Below, piece after piece: positions 33,748 through 43,872 of a DNA stretch of 64,000 nucleotides. A program made the translations under genes and the position numbers. Every line of letters begins with the position of its first letter. The first letter of the stretch is position 1. The stretch covers positions 1,440,001-1,504,000 of the forward strand of contig OY762069.1 of NCBI GenBank assembly GCA_963665095.1, in the 5' to 3' direction. A model generated the notes under the pieces. That model was not told the DNA's origin. It did no database searches and saw nothing but the letters and a program-made list of their open reading frames with translations. Source of the DNA: an uncultured Desulfobacter sp. Its GTDB lineage: Bacteria; Desulfobacterota; Desulfobacteria; Desulfobacterales; Desulfobacteraceae.

Positions 33748-34839
33748 ATGGGATTAAAAAAACTGGGAGGTTTGCTGTTCTCTTTCATTGGCTTGCTGTT
33801 AATTTTATCCGGGATGCCCCCGCCAGATCTTTATGCAGGAAACGGACGTCCCGTAATTGCAATAAAAAACGATCTGAACACTGTGGCTGTAATTCCTGAA
33901 AAAACAAGGATTGTAACTGCAGGGGAGTCTGGCGCTATTTTTCTAAGCGATGATGCCGGGACCCGCTGGATACAGGCAGACAGCGGCACCCTGGCCGCCC
34001 TTTTTTCCATCTCATTTCCGGATGGAACCAACGGCTGGATCTCAGGCCGAAACGGGCTTATCCTGAGCTCCCGCGATGCCGGTATGACTTGGAATAAACA
34101 GGAAACCGGTCTTTCCACTCATCTTTTCTCCATTGATTTTCATGATTCAGCCAATGGGTTTGCAGCCGGTGACTGGGGAAAAATCATCAGAACCCGTGAC
34201 TGTGGCACAACCTGGCAAGACGTCTCTTTGGAAGAAGACATTATCCTCTATGGCATTGTCATGCTGGATGTACAAAGCGCCTGCGTAGTCGGAGAGATGG
34301 GCAGGATTTTTCTCACGGACAACAGCGGGGAAACCTGGAAGGAAGCAGCATCTCCTGTTCAATCAACACTTTTTTGTATCAGCCGGGATAAATCCAGCCT
34401 TTGTGCAGCAGGCCTGGACGGCGCCATCATCTATTCAACCGATTGTGGCGCCACATGGCAGCAGGCGAAAACTTTCACCCAAACAGCTATTTACGGCATC
34501 AGCCTTTCTAACGGTACCGCCCTTGCCGCAGGACAGGCCGGTACCGCTTTGATCTCCGGCGATTGTGGCATGACCTGGCAGGCCTTGGAAGGGTCCGGGC
34601 AGAAACGCGCCTTCTGGCTCGGTGCGGCCTGCTTAAGCCGTTGGGACACGGGAGGGGTTACCGGCACCGTATGCGGCGCCGGGGGATTGACCGCACAGGT
34701 GACAGACAGTGCCATTCTTTGGGCTGATGATCCGTCAACGTCTCAGAACGGGACAATACCGGTAAAAGCAGCTGATTCAAAAAAATCTTCACCACCTGAG
34801 ATGACCACAGACAAAAACGGGAGGGCATCAGATGAATAA
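33748..34839 (+). CDS. YCF48-like BNR-repeat beta-propeller protein
   Basis: RBS GGAGG before ATG 33748, signal/TM segment, repeated S.D.G.TW motifs. Confidence 0.85.
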   Translation: MGLKKLGGLLFSFIGLLLILSGMPPPDLYAGNGRPVIAIKNDLNTVAVIPEKTRIVTAGESGAIFLSDDAGTRWIQADSGTLAALFSISFPDGTNGWISGRNGLILSSRDAGMTWNKQETGLSTHLFSIDFHDSANGFAAGDWGKIIRTRDCGTTWQDVSLEEDIILYGIVMLDVQSACVVGEMGRIFLTDNSGETWKEAASPVQSTLFCISRDKSSLCAAGLDGAIIYSTDCGATWQQAKTFTQTAIYGISLSNGTALAAGQAGTALISGDCGMTWQALEGSGQKRAFWLGAACLSRWDTGGVTGTVCGAGGLTAQVTDSAILWADDPSTSQNGTIPVKAADSKKSSPPEMTTDKNGRASDE

Positions 34840-37108
34840 GCATGTGCAATCAGAATCGCATTGTATCCGGTTCATTCTCCACCACCGCATTTGGTTTCTG
34901 GCCGCTTTTCTGCTGGTCACGGCGTTCCTAGGCTATCAACTGCCAACCCTTTCCATCAGCAAAGAGGTGAATGTCCTGTTCCCGGCCCACCACCCCAACA
35001 TGGTGCTGGTTAAAAAGTTTAACAAGATGCTGGCCACCCCGGACAAGCTGATCTGCATTCTTGAGGTTAAAAACGGGGATATCTACACGCCTGACGCATT
35101 ATCAAAAATCCAGGCCCTGACCCGGGCCGTGCTGCAGCTGCCAGGCTGTGATGCCTCGGATATCAAATCCATTACCGAAACCAGTGTCAAGCACATGGAG
35201 GCAACGGCCTGGGGCGTGGAAACCAACCCGGTGATCTTTCCGGATCTTCCGGAAACAACAGAAGAGTTTCACCGCTTGCGCCAACGGGTGGAAACAGATG
35301 CAGGCATCCGGGGGGTCTATGTCTCCTATGACGGGACTGCAGCCACCATCATGGCCAAGTGGAAAAAAAAAGACAAGCTGGGTCTGTTACATGATGATCT
35401 GCAAAAAATTGCCAAGGCCCACACAGATGACAATTTCATGGTTCACTTTGCCGGGGCCCCGGCCCTTGGCGCCCACCTGATTCATCTCACCGGCCAGTTC
35501 AAGACGGCAGCACTCTGGATGGCAGCAGGGCTGCTCCTTTTGCCGGCCCTTTTCCTGCGCAGTGTTACAGGGGTGGTGCTGGCTTTTGCAAGCCTTGTTT
35601 TAAGCAGTGTCTGGGCGTTGGGGTTTGCTGCCGCAATCTCAGTTCCATTAAGCTTTCTAACCATTGTCTGGATTTTGTTTTTCATTGGCGTTACCACCGG
35701 GATGTCTGCATTTTGTTTCAGGTATTACAAGGCCTGTGCCGAACATGTTCCAGAAAAATCCAACACCTTGGAAACCGCCTTTGGCCACCTGTTTTCACCG
35801 GTGACGGCTGGATTCATTCTTACAGGTCTGTGTGCGTTGACCCTGTCCCTGTCTGATCCGGCCCTGCTCTGCCAGACCGGATACTTTGGGGTCTTTTTTG
35901 CTGTGGCAGGATTTTTTATTGTACTGGTATTCAACCCGGCAGTTCTCTCCTTTCTGCCCTTGCAAAAACCCTGCACGCCTGTAATCCGGTCGGCACCGGC
36001 AATCTCCCGGGTGACGGCGATTCTTATCATGACGGCCATAATCGCCGGCGGCGTGTTCAGCGCCAGGCAACTTGCCGTTGGTGACAATGAACCAGGCTCG
36101 GCCTTTTTCTTTCCTGACCACCCGTACTCAGTCGGGTTCTCACTCTTTAATGAAAAATTCATTGGCGGCTACAACATGACCATCGTGGCCGAAGGCCGCC
36201 GGAAAGGCGTATTAAATGATTTCCAGACCATGGAGCTGATCGGACAATTCCAGCACTACCTGGAAAATGAAACCGATGCCAGGGCCTGTATCTCCATTGC
36301 CATGATGATGAAGCTTCTGGCCAGGCTCTACCACGAAGGCAATCCCAAATGGGCATTAATCCCCAGGGACGAACAGGCCCGTTCCGCCCTGGGCGGGGCC
36401 ATTAAAATGGGGGGCACGGCCGGCCAATGGATGGATGATACCTGGACCAATGCCTCCATCCAGGCCATGTACGGCAGTGACGACTACTACCTGACCAAAT
36501 TGCGGACAGCCAAGGCCCGGCAGTTTATCAAGGATCACCCTTCGGACCGGGTGGACTTCAGGGTGTGCGCAGGATTCTTAAGTGTTATTGAGGCCATGGA
36601 TGATGCAGGCGCCAGGGCATTTTGGCAGTGCATATGGATGGCTGCAGGCCTTACGCTCATTGCGGGTCTTCTGGCCTTCCGACAGCCCGTGCCCGCTTTT
36701 GCCGGTCTGGCAGCCACCATAACGGCCCAGGCAGCCGCATTGATTTTCATGGCGGCCCAGGGCATTTGCATCAGCATTCACATGGTACCTGTGGCACCAC
36801 TTTGCCTTGGCTGGGGTGGCATGCTTGGCATCTGCCTTCTGGCACTCATGGAAAAAAGCAGGGCCGGCTTTACGGATTTAAAGACCAGGGCCTTTACAGG
36901 TCAGGTGCTTTTTCCCCTGGCCACTTTAGGCCTTGTCCCTGCAGCCATGCTGCTGCCCTGGGCTTTGACAGACTTCAAGTTCATGGCTGAAAGCGCACAA
37001 CTCATTGTTTTTTTCACACTCGCACAATTTGTCACGTTAAGCATTACCCTGTTTTGTCTTGCAGATTTGAATAGATCGTCAGGCGCAGTAAACAAAAATT
37101 ACACATAA
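34832..37108 (+). CDS. MMPL/RND-family membrane protein
   Basis: Two repeats of one TM + large soluble loop + TM bundle; context next to YCF48/DUF1302/DUF1329. Confidence 0.8.
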   Translation: MNKHVQSESHCIRFILHHRIWFLAAFLLVTAFLGYQLPTLSISKEVNVLFPAHHPNMVLVKKFNKMLATPDKLICILEVKNGDIYTPDALSKIQALTRAVLQLPGCDASDIKSITETSVKHMEATAWGVETNPVIFPDLPETTEEFHRLRQRVETDAGIRGVYVSYDGTAATIMAKWKKKDKLGLLHDDLQKIAKAHTDDNFMVHFAGAPALGAHLIHLTGQFKTAALWMAAGLLLLPALFLRSVTGVVLAFASLVLSSVWALGFAAAISVPLSFLTIVWILFFIGVTTGMSAFCFRYYKACAEHVPEKSNTLETAFGHLFSPVTAGFILTGLCALTLSLSDPALLCQTGYFGVFFAVAGFFIVLVFNPAVLSFLPLQKPCTPVIRSAPAISRVTAILIMTAIIAGGVFSARQLAVGDNEPGSAFFFPDHPYSVGFSLFNEKFIGGYNMTIVAEGRRKGVLNDFQTMELIGQFQHYLENETDARACISIAMMMKLLARLYHEGNPKWALIPRDEQARSALGGAIKMGGTAGQWMDDTWTNASIQAMYGSDDYYLTKLRTAKARQFIKDHPSDRVDFRVCAGFLSVIEAMDDAGARAFWQCIWMAAGLTLIAGLLAFRQPVPAFAGLAATITAQAAALIFMAAQGICISIHMVPVAPLCLGWGGMLGICLLALMEKSRAGFTDLKTRAFTGQVLFPLATLGLVPAAMLLPWALTDFKFMAESAQLIVFFTLAQFVTLSITLFCLADLNRSSGAVNKNYT

Positions 37109-37126
37109 AAACGTAAAGGGGGAAAC

Positions 37127-38842
37127 ATGAACGTCAACAAAGCGGTAAAATGGATATGGATGTCCTTGATTCTGGTCATATTTTCCTGTCCAGGTGTCTG
37201 GTCCATGTCGCTGAATGAGTCAGGGACCCTTAATATCACCGGCAAGTTTGAAACCAGAAATGCCTTCAGAACGGAAGATTCCGACAGTAACAGATGGCCT
37301 GAGGCGAAGGCCGGCGACATGGTTCAGCAGCGCAATACCCTGCAGCTGGAGCTGGACCATGATTTGGGTGAATTAGGCAGCTCCGGGGTCCTGGTCAAAT
37401 ACCATCTTGTGGGAAGGGCCTGGTACGACGGCATATTTGATTACGGTCCATCTGTCTGGCAAAATGCAAGACAGACCAATGATACCATCAAAGACGATAT
37501 TGACGATTACAAATGGGACCTGGACCTGCGGGAAGGCTACACGGACATCTCGGCAGGCAAGGTATTTTTCAGAATCGGCCGCCAGAATCTTGCCTGGGGT
37601 GAAACCGATGCCAAAAGGCTTCTGGACGGGATCAATCCCCTGGACAATACCACCCCGTTCCTGAAACTGGATGACCGGCGCATTCCCTTGTGGATGCTGC
37701 GCAGCACCTACAATTTGGGCACCCACGGCTTTCTTTCCAACCTGAATATTGAAGGTTTTGTTTCACCCTGCTTCGGCAGCATGGCTGACCGGGTGGGGCC
37801 CACAACACCTGCAGGATCGCCCTACTCCTATGGGGAAAACATCCCCTCTGACGAAGTGATTAACGGATCCGGCATCGGTCTTTACAGGGAGATCAACGGG
37901 CCCACCAGCGATCTGGAAGACTCCCGCTGGGGGTTCCGTTTAGGGGGCGTTGTTTCAAACAACTTAGGTTTTACCCTGGCCCACTACAAAAGCTATCAGG
38001 ACACGGCACTGCCGGTTCTCAAAAGAAACAACAAACAGACCTTTGCCAACTCCAGCAACCAGGCCACCTATGCCGGGCTTATTTCAGGCTCCACGAATCC
38101 GGCCGTGGTAGGTGCCACCGCCGCAGCACTTGCCGGAGGATCTCCTTCAGGCATGTCTGCAGAACAGATCGCAACGCTGAACGCCCTGGGCAGCATGAGC
38201 ATTTTTCCTGAAAGCTTCACCCAGGAGATGGTGTACAACCCCATCAAGGTTACCGGCGGCAGCATCAATTACTGGGTGGAACCCCTTGATTTTGTGCTGC
38301 GCAGTGAGGTGGCCTATGTGCATGACCAGGCTTTTTTCTCAAAAGATGCCAACCTGAACATGATACTGGACTCCGACCACCTGGTCTCCACCCTGTCAAA
38401 GGACGGTTACCTGCCCACCTCGGATGTGATCAAGTTTGCCGTGGGCGTGGACAAAATGTTCTGGATCCGGCCCCTGAACCCCAATGTGCGGTTCACCCTG
38501 ATTGCCCAGTATTTCGGGTCCTATATCCGGGATTATGATGACAGCTTCTGCCTGCCCCTGACCAATCCCGACACCCAGGACTATGACCAGGTCAAACGGT
38601 ATGAACAGGCTTTTACGCTCAATCTGCAGACCACATACCGCAACGGCACGGTCAAGCCGGAGCTGTCCGTCCAATATGACCCCAGGGGCAACTGGGCCAT
38701 CCAGCCCTCCCTGGAACTGGAGAAAAACATGTGGCGGTTCAAAATTGAGGCCACCATCGGCGAAGCCAACACCATGACCGGAACGGGTGCGGCCCGGGAC
38801 AAGGATGAAATCGCCTTTACCATTGGCTGGCTGTTGCGTTAA
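37127..38842 (+). CDS. DUF1302-like outer-membrane beta-barrel
   Basis: Signal peptide, LREGY.D, RIGRQ.LAWGETD..RLLD.INPLD, RIPLWM, C-terminal beta strand. Confidence 0.8.
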   Translation: MNVNKAVKWIWMSLILVIFSCPGVWSMSLNESGTLNITGKFETRNAFRTEDSDSNRWPEAKAGDMVQQRNTLQLELDHDLGELGSSGVLVKYHLVGRAWYDGIFDYGPSVWQNARQTNDTIKDDIDDYKWDLDLREGYTDISAGKVFFRIGRQNLAWGETDAKRLLDGINPLDNTTPFLKLDDRRIPLWMLRSTYNLGTHGFLSNLNIEGFVSPCFGSMADRVGPTTPAGSPYSYGENIPSDEVINGSGIGLYREINGPTSDLEDSRWGFRLGGVVSNNLGFTLAHYKSYQDTALPVLKRNNKQTFANSSNQATYAGLISGSTNPAVVGATAAALAGGSPSGMSAEQIATLNALGSMSIFPESFTQEMVYNPIKVTGGSINYWVEPLDFVLRSEVAYVHDQAFFSKDANLNMILDSDHLVSTLSKDGYLPTSDVIKFAVGVDKMFWIRPLNPNVRFTLIAQYFGSYIRDYDDSFCLPLTNPDTQDYDQVKRYEQAFTLNLQTTYRNGTVKPELSVQYDPRGNWAIQPSLELEKNMWRFKIEATIGEANTMTGTGAARDKDEIAFTIGWLLR

Positions 38843-38947
38843 GCCCCGGACAGATTACAGGGGGGACCGCTTAAAAACAAAACGGCTTTTAAAAAAAAAT
38901 TATGCAACGGTTTATCGGATTAATTTATTACCAGGAGGAAAGAATCA

Positions 38948-40246
38948 ATGAAACAGTTTAAGACCTTGATATGGATCACCATCCTTTTGACAGGGATGGC
39001 TCTTTTGGCCGGCCCTGCCCCTGCAGATGAGGTCATTACGGCGGATAACTGGCAGAAAATCCAAGGCATGGTGCCGGACACGGTGCTGGAGTGGGTCAAA
39101 AAAGGAGATACCACCATCACCATCGTGGATGAACTGGCATTTGACACCGCAAAAATCATGAATGCTCCCGAGTTCGTGGCTGAAAATAAACTAAATGAGG
39201 GCAAATATGCGGTAAAAGACGGCTCCATTGTCTATGCCGACACCGGCAAAACAGCCGGTTTCATCTCAGGCCTGCCTTTTCCAGGGGAACTTTCCCCCAA
39301 AGACCCGGATGCCTTTCACAAGCTTTGCTACAACCGGTATTACAACCTGCACCGCATCGGTTCCATCCGGTTTGTATTTCTAGGCGAAATGGTGGGCCGG
39401 AAATCGGGCATGGAAAAAAGGGTACTGGGCAATTTCCTGAACTACTCCTTTGACGGATATGCCCCCCAGAAAGATGTCCCCAACCCGGACAATATCATGT
39501 TCATGTCCATCAACAACATCACCTCCCCCTATGACATGAAAGGGGTGGCATCCATGATGTGGCGTCACCGGGGCACCCAGAAAGACATGTGCTACAACTT
39601 TCTGCCCGGTACCAGACGTGTGCGGCGCGGCAGTCCCGCCGGAAGATCTGACGCCTTTGCCGGCTCCGATCTCACCCTGGACGACCAGGGCGGATACCAG
39701 GGCCAGATGGCAGCCATGAATACCCGGCTCATCGAAGAAAAAGTGGCGCTGGTGCCCTGGGTTGATGTCAAGCCCGTGCCGGTGACCCAGAATGAGGCAG
39801 GTGAGTGGGTTACGGGCAAAGATGCGCCCCTGCTGGACATCGGTTTCAGGAAAGAGGGCTGGAAAGGCGCGCCCTGGTCCATGCCGGGGCTTAAATACGT
39901 CAAACGGACGGTTTGGGTGGGGGAGATGATTTCAAAAGATCCCAGCTATAACTACGGTTTAAGCCATATGTGGTGTGACAAAGAGACCGGCATGGCCTGT
40001 TACAAGGTCAATTACGACCGCAAAAAAGAGTATTGGAAAACCATGATTCTGGGCCTTGCCGCCTTTGCGGCAAAAGACAACCCCGACAATGCCTGGTTTG
40101 AGATGGGGTCAACCCTGATTGTGGATGACAGAAGAGACCATGCCACGGTCATTGAGCAGGTAACCCCTGAATATCCCTACGTCTTTTTTGCCCAAAATGC
40201 GTTGAACGATTTTTCCCTGGCAGGGTTTAACAAGTACTGCAAATAA
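38948..40246 (+). CDS. DUF1329-like periplasmic protein
   Basis: Signal peptide, IT.DNW, GLPFP, PGTRRVRR, GSD.T.DD, YDRK.EYWK. Confidence 0.85.
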   Translation: MKQFKTLIWITILLTGMALLAGPAPADEVITADNWQKIQGMVPDTVLEWVKKGDTTITIVDELAFDTAKIMNAPEFVAENKLNEGKYAVKDGSIVYADTGKTAGFISGLPFPGELSPKDPDAFHKLCYNRYYNLHRIGSIRFVFLGEMVGRKSGMEKRVLGNFLNYSFDGYAPQKDVPNPDNIMFMSINNITSPYDMKGVASMMWRHRGTQKDMCYNFLPGTRRVRRGSPAGRSDAFAGSDLTLDDQGGYQGQMAAMNTRLIEEKVALVPWVDVKPVPVTQNEAGEWVTGKDAPLLDIGFRKEGWKGAPWSMPGLKYVKRTVWVGEMISKDPSYNYGLSHMWCDKETGMACYKVNYDRKKEYWKTMILGLAAFAAKDNPDNAWFEMGSTLIVDDRRDHATVIEQVTPEYPYVFFAQNALNDFSLAGFNKYCK

Positions 40247-40252
40247 CCCGGA

Positions 40253-40288
40253 TCATCCGGCCCGGGGCATCTGCTCCGGGCCGGATGC
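40253..40288 (+). terminator. GC-rich hairpin after the DUF1329 gene
   Basis: CATCCGGCCCGG...CCGGGCCGGATG; no adjacent U tract. Confidence 0.5.
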
Positions 40289-40333
40289 CAGGGTTGCCCA
40301 AACAACACCGGGAATTTTTTTAAATAAAATTTT

Positions 40334-41695
40334 ATGAAAAAAACCGTTTTGTACATATTATTCTGTTTGCTTTTTTTAATTCCAAGGGCCGGAGCTCAAA
40401 CGGTCTCCATCACCCGCGCCCTTGAACTGATGCAGCAGAATAACGACACCCTTAAAGGGGAAAAGGCCAAAGTTCAAGCGGCCGCCTATAAATTAAAAGA
40501 GGCCAAAGGCCTTAAATACCCCTCTTTGTCCATCATGGGCAGTTATGTCCACCTCAATGAGGATCTCGAACTTCACCTCAACGAATACAGAGACAAGGCA
40601 GCAGGCCTTTTGCAGATTACGCCCTCCATGCTGGGCAGCTGGGACATCAAAGTCCAGGACCAGGATTTTGGCCTTATCGCCGCTAACCTGTCCTGGCCGT
40701 TGTATACCGGTGGAAAAATCACATCCGCCATAAAAGCGGCAGGATTTGAAACCCGAATCGCAAAAGTTGAGACCACCCAGACCGAGAACCGCCTGATCTG
40801 CATTCTGGTAGACAGGTACTACCTGCTCAAACTGACCCAGGAGGCGCTAAAAGTCCGGCAGCGCGCCCTTGAGACCTGCCGGGCCCACCTGTTCAATGCC
40901 CGGAAACTGGAAAAACAGGGGATGATCGCCGCGGTTGAAACAATGCAGGCTCAGACAGCTGTGTCTGATGCCCAAAGGGAAACCGCAGCCGCCCTGAAAG
41001 ATATTGAGCTTGCCAGGGCCGCATTAACCGGTGTCATCGGAAAACAAGACTTAACCATTCATCACTTAAGCTCACCTTTGTTTGAATTTTCACTGGAGCA
41101 CGATCTTGATTATTACAAACAGCAGGCCAAAGACAATTATCCTACCATTGTCAAGGCAGGGTTGATGAAAAAGCTGGTCGAACAGAATCAAAAAGTGCAG
41201 CAGGCAGGCTTTCTGCCCCAGATTGCACTTTTGGGAAGCAGAAACTTATACACGGACAATCTGGTGCTGGATGAGTGCAATTATGAATGGTTTATAGGCT
41301 TAGGAATGACCCTGTCACTGTTCAACGGCATGCAGGACGTAAACCGGGTCAGACGCTCCCAGGCCCAGATCATAAGCATCTCCCGTCAAAAAAAACAGGC
41401 AAAAAAGGATATTCAGGTCCTGGTGGAAAAATATTACCTGGAAATTTTAAAATACAAGGAGCAGTACCAGGCCCTGGAAACAGATCTGGATGCGGCCAGG
41501 GAGCTTCTGCGGACCCGGAACCGCTCCTTTGCCGAAGGATTGTCGGACTCGGTACAGGTGGCTGATGCAAGCCTTTACCTGTCCGCCATTGAACTGAAAC
41601 GGCTCAAAGCTTTGTACGGCATGGATATAACCCTTGCAAGGCTTCTGGAACTAGGCGGGCAAAGCAGCTATTTTACCCGGTACGCCGATCAATAA
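40334..41695 (+). CDS. TolC-family outer-membrane protein
   Basis: Signal peptide, YPSLS, PLYTGG, LFNG, two OEP-like repeats. Confidence 0.88.
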   Translation: MKKTVLYILFCLLFLIPRAGAQTVSITRALELMQQNNDTLKGEKAKVQAAAYKLKEAKGLKYPSLSIMGSYVHLNEDLELHLNEYRDKAAGLLQITPSMLGSWDIKVQDQDFGLIAANLSWPLYTGGKITSAIKAAGFETRIAKVETTQTENRLICILVDRYYLLKLTQEALKVRQRALETCRAHLFNARKLEKQGMIAAVETMQAQTAVSDAQRETAAALKDIELARAALTGVIGKQDLTIHHLSSPLFEFSLEHDLDYYKQQAKDNYPTIVKAGLMKKLVEQNQKVQQAGFLPQIALLGSRNLYTDNLVLDECNYEWFIGLGMTLSLFNGMQDVNRVRRSQAQIISISRQKKQAKKDIQVLVEKYYLEILKYKEQYQALETDLDAARELLRTRNRSFAEGLSDSVQVADASLYLSAIELKRLKALYGMDITLARLLELGGQSSYFTRYADQ

Positions 41696-41719
41696 GGGGT
41701 AAGGGGCATATTTATAAAG

Positions 41720-42706
41720 ATGAAAAAAGACTTTATTTCCCTATTCATAACGCTTTTATTTGCGGCGGCCATTGTCGGTCTTTCTCTGTGGTATTTTCAA
41801 CAGCCTGAAATCCGGTATCTGCAGGGACAGGCCGAGGCCACCCAGATTAATGTGGCATCCAAGGTGCCGGGACGGATTAAAACCATTTATGTGCAGGAGG
41901 GGGACTTTGTTCAAAAAGGCACCTTGCTTATAGAGATGGAAAGCGATGAGATCGATGCCCGGCTCAGGCAGGCAACAGCCGCCAGGGACGCCGCCCTTGC
42001 CCAGCTGGATAAAGCCAATGCCGGAACCCGGAAAGAGCAGATTCAAAGTGCCTGGAACCTGTGGCAGCAGGCAAAGGCCGCAGCCGTGCTTGCCCAGAAC
42101 ACCTGGGATCGGGTGAATAACTTATATAAAGACAAGGTGGTGCCGGCCCAGAAAAAAGATGAGGTCTTCACCCGGATGCAGGCAGCCCAACAGCAGGAAC
42201 AAGCCGCCTTTTCTCAATACAAAATGGCCAAAAACGGGGCGCGCAGTGAAGACAAACAGGCGGCCCGGGCCTTTGTTGCCAAAGCCGAAGCCGCCATTGA
42301 AGAGATTGAATCCCATAAAAGAGAAACTTATGTGTATGCGCCGGCACTTGGAGAAATCGAAGAAATCATCCCCAACCAGGGAGAAATTGTAACCGCCGGT
42401 TTTCCCGTGGTTCATCTGGTTGACCTCAAAGATATCCGGGTGATCTTCAACATCAGAGAGGACAAGCTGGGCCGGTTTCAAATGGGCTCCGAATTCACAG
42501 CATTTATCCCCGCCCTGGACAACCGGGAAGTGATGCTCAAAGTTAAACACATGGCGGTCCAGGCAGATTTTGCCACCTGGCATGCCACCAGCGCCACAGG
42601 CGACTTTGACCGCAAAACCTTTGAGGTCAAGGCATATCCAGTCAGCGAGGTTGAGAATCTACGCCCCGGCATGAGTGTGCTGGTCAAAGAAGAGACAAAA
42701 AAATGA
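41720..42706 (+). CDS. HlyD-family membrane fusion protein
   Basis: VASKVPGRI..I.V.EGD.V.KG, coiled coil, AP..G, LRPGMS. Confidence 0.92.
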   Translation: MKKDFISLFITLLFAAAIVGLSLWYFQQPEIRYLQGQAEATQINVASKVPGRIKTIYVQEGDFVQKGTLLIEMESDEIDARLRQATAARDAALAQLDKANAGTRKEQIQSAWNLWQQAKAAAVLAQNTWDRVNNLYKDKVVPAQKKDEVFTRMQAAQQQEQAAFSQYKMAKNGARSEDKQAARAFVAKAEAAIEEIESHKRETYVYAPALGEIEEIIPNQGEIVTAGFPVVHLVDLKDIRVIFNIREDKLGRFQMGSEFTAFIPALDNREVMLKVKHMAVQADFATWHATSATGDFDRKTFEVKAYPVSEVENLRPGMSVLVKEETKK

Positions 42707-43872
42707 AGCTGGGATTTATAGCGGTATTCACAGATGAATTAAGGCTGATATCAGGCCTGCCCCGGCATGTTGTGTTTACCCTTGCCCTGCCCCTCTTTCT
42801 GTTTATCTTTTTTAGCTGTCTGTTCCAGACCGGCATCCCCCGGGATCTGCCTGTGGCCCTGGTTGATTCAGATAACAGTGCGTCATCAAGAATGCTCTGC
42901 CGCATGATCGACAATGGCCCCCACATCCGGCTGACCACCAGATACCAAGGGACATTTCAGGCAAAGGCAGCCATGCAGCACCAGGATATCTATGGTGTGA
43001 TCGAAATCGGTCCTGATTTTGAGAAAAATCTTCTAAAGGGGCTGCAAAATGAGGTGGTCTGCTATACCAACAACCAGTTCATCACCCCGGCAGGACTCAT
43101 TAAAAAAGATTTTTCCAGTGCCCTAGGCACGTTTTCAGCAGGGCTTAACTTAAAAAAAAGGCTGCTTGGCAACCAATCGCCCCAGCAGGCGGCCAACAGC
43201 ATTCAGCCTGTGGTCATTGACCCACATGTGCTGTTCAACCCCTATACCAATTACGCCTACTATCTGCTGCCTGCCATGCTGCCCATGATGTTCCAGATGG
43301 TGATCATGATCCTTACCATCAATGTACTTGGCACACCATTGAAAAACAACCTGGGCCGGCAGTGGTATAAAAGGGGCAACCAAAATGGCTGGGCCGCTCT
43401 TTGGGGAAAGCTTCTGCCCTATACCATCTATTTTATTTTCATGGGTATCTGGATGAATCTTTTGTTGTTTAATGCAATGAAGATCCCGTCCCGGGCACCG
43501 TTAAGCCAGAAGATATTGTTCACGATATTTGTCATTCTGATCTACCAGTTAACGGCCGCAGCCTTTGTGGGCGTTTCAAAAAACCTTCGATGCGCCCTGA
43601 CCTTTGGCGGAGGCTATGCCGCCATCGCCTTTTCCTTTGCCGCCTATACCTTCCCTGTTGAGGGGTTGCCCCACGCCATTCAAGCCCTGGCCCAGTTGTT
43701 TCCTTTTACCCACTATATGACCTTCTTCACCAACCGGGCCATCCGGGGCGTTCCCATCCAGCTGACCCTCTCTTCACTCATGGGACTTGTCGCATACCTG
43801 ATCCTGTTTCTGGCAACATTTCCCCTTTTTATAAACCGCTTAAAAAAGGGAGCGTATGAAAAAGATATATAA
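42703..43872 (+). CDS. ABC-2 type permease (YbhS-like)
   Basis: LPVALVD.DNS..SR, FNP..NY..YLLP, six TMs. Confidence 0.88.
   Translation: MKLGFIAVFTDELRLISGLPRHVVFTLALPLFLFIFFSCLFQTGIPRDLPVALVDSDNSASSRMLCRMIDNGPHIRLTTRYQGTFQAKAAMQHQDIYGVIEIGPDFEKNLLKGLQNEVVCYTNNQFITPAGLIKKDFSSALGTFSAGLNLKKRLLGNQSPQQAANSIQPVVIDPHVLFNPYTNYAYYLLPAMLPMMFQMVIMILTINVLGTPLKNNLGRQWYKRGNQNGWAALWGKLLPYTIYFIFMGIWMNLLLFNAMKIPSRAPLSQKILFTIFVILIYQLTAAAFVGVSKNLRCALTFGGGYAAIAFSFAAYTFPVEGLPHAIQALAQLFPFTHYMTFFTNRAIRGVPIQLTLSSLMGLVAYLILFLATFPLFINRLKKGAYEKDI

Noticed and set aside
33290..33757. 155-aa ORF upstream of the YCF48-like gene
   Set aside because: No recognisable motif and atypical composition; more likely intergenic or leader sequence
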